From: Chiloscyllium plagiosum
Taxonomy: Eukaryota
Reading direction: 5' to 3'
Assembly (NCBI RefSeq): GCF_004010195.1
Contig: NC_057720.1
Coordinates: 91,585,319 to 91,637,271, forward strand
Length of the DNA: 51,953 nucleotides
Part shown: positions 50,901 through 51,953 of the stretch, in pieces
Numbering within the stretch: the first letter of the stretch is position 1
Layout of the letters: each line of letters begins with the position of its first letter
Notes under the pieces: model-generated
What the model saw: the letters and a program-made list of their open reading frames with translations, nothing else
The model's database searches: none
Told to the model about the DNA's origin: nothing
Translations under genes and position numbers: made by a program

Positions 50901-51953
50901 TGAAGGAGAAGGTAAGTTATTGGTTAGTGATGGGATTGATTGTGACCAGAAAATAAAAGAAAGGGATGGAATTTTTGAAAATCAAAGGAAGCCTAAAAGT
51001 GCAGGGAACATCAATAATAGAACAAGCTTCTAGAGTTTGTATCTAAATGCATGAAACATTCCGAGTAAGGTAGACAAAGTGATGCCACAAATAGAGGTAA
51101 ATTGAGTTTCCAAGGAATTTAAACTAGTAAAAGTGGAGGAGGGCTCAGGGGAGGTTATTCAAGTTTCAAAAACACATAATAGGACAGAGAGTACAGAAAG
51201 GATCAGGAATCGAATGTAGAGCACAGCAGAAAGAGGACACCAATGAGACGGACGGCAGTCAATGCAGGACTGAGGGTGTTGTACTTAAATACACACAGTA
51301 TACACAATGAGCTTGTCGTGCAGATTGAAACTGGCAGTTACGATGTTGTGGGTATCACAGAGTCATGGCTGTAAGGGGATCCGGGCTGGAAACTAGATAT
51401 CCAAGGATACATGTCCCATCAAAAGGACAGGCAGATGGGCAGAAGGGCATTGTTAGTATGAAATGAAATCAAATCAATAGCAAGAAGTGATATAGAGTGA
51501 GAAAGTGTAGAATGTTTGTGAGTAGAGTTGAGGAACTGCAAGAAATAAAGAATCTGATGCAAGTTATGTCCAGGTCTCCAAGCAGTAACCAGGGTGTGGG
51601 GAAGGAAATCAATCAGAAGACAGAAAAGCCATAAACAAAATGTCAGGGCAGACTTCAATGGATAGGTGGACTGGGTAGCGCGTCTCATGGACTGTCTATG
51701 AGATGGTTTTTGGAGCAGCTTGTGGTTGAGTCACTATGGAACAGACAGGTCTGGATTCAGTGATGTGTAATGAGGCAAACTTGGTTAGTGAGCTTAAAAC
51801 GAAAGTATCCCTGTGGATACGTGACCATAATATGATCGAATTCCCCCTGTAGTTTGAGAGGGAGAAGCTGCAGTCAGATGGAACAGTATTTCAATTGAGT
51901 AAAGGTAAGTACAAAGACATGAGGAAGGAGCTGGCCAGAGTTGATTGGAAGGG
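47990..51953 (+). mobile_element. CR1 fragments in the intron upstream of C exon 2
   Basis: Mirror of the arm 1 intron; ORF 50123-50569 with QRVLNVWNELPEEVV. Confidence 0.85.

Larger units (their letters stand above)
41457..51953 (-). repeat. Arm 2 of the inverted segmental duplication (runs off the window end)
   Basis: Reverse complement of 21181-31683 with substitutions and indels. Confidence 0.95.

Overview
This is eukaryotic, repeat-rich vertebrate DNA that looks like a cartilaginous fish. The shark-type SINEs, CR1 LINEs and Penelope elements suggest a shark, probably an orectolobiform. The window contains part of a clustered immunoglobulin kappa-type (nurse shark NS4-like) light-chain locus. 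Cluster 1 (+ strand) has a promoter, a leader exon (15369-15418), an already joined in-frame V-J exon with no RSS (15605-15934), a ~10 kb intron filled with transposable elements, and a C exon (25907-26235). It carries likely inactivating lesions: a 1-nt leader insertion, a C acceptor AG>AA change and a deletion just upstream of the acceptor. A second C exon (47121-47449, - strand) lies in a >=10.5 kb diverged inverted duplication (21181-31683 vs 41457-51953), so the two clusters face each other tail-to-tail. The ~9.8 kb unique spacer between them holds a strong CTCF motif and a young, perfectly palindromic Penelope insertion. Several Penelope remnants carry minimal hammerhead-ribozyme cores. 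Most other ORFs are CR1, RTE or Penelope fragments, or noise. There are two assembly gaps (14571-15070 and 46571-46769).
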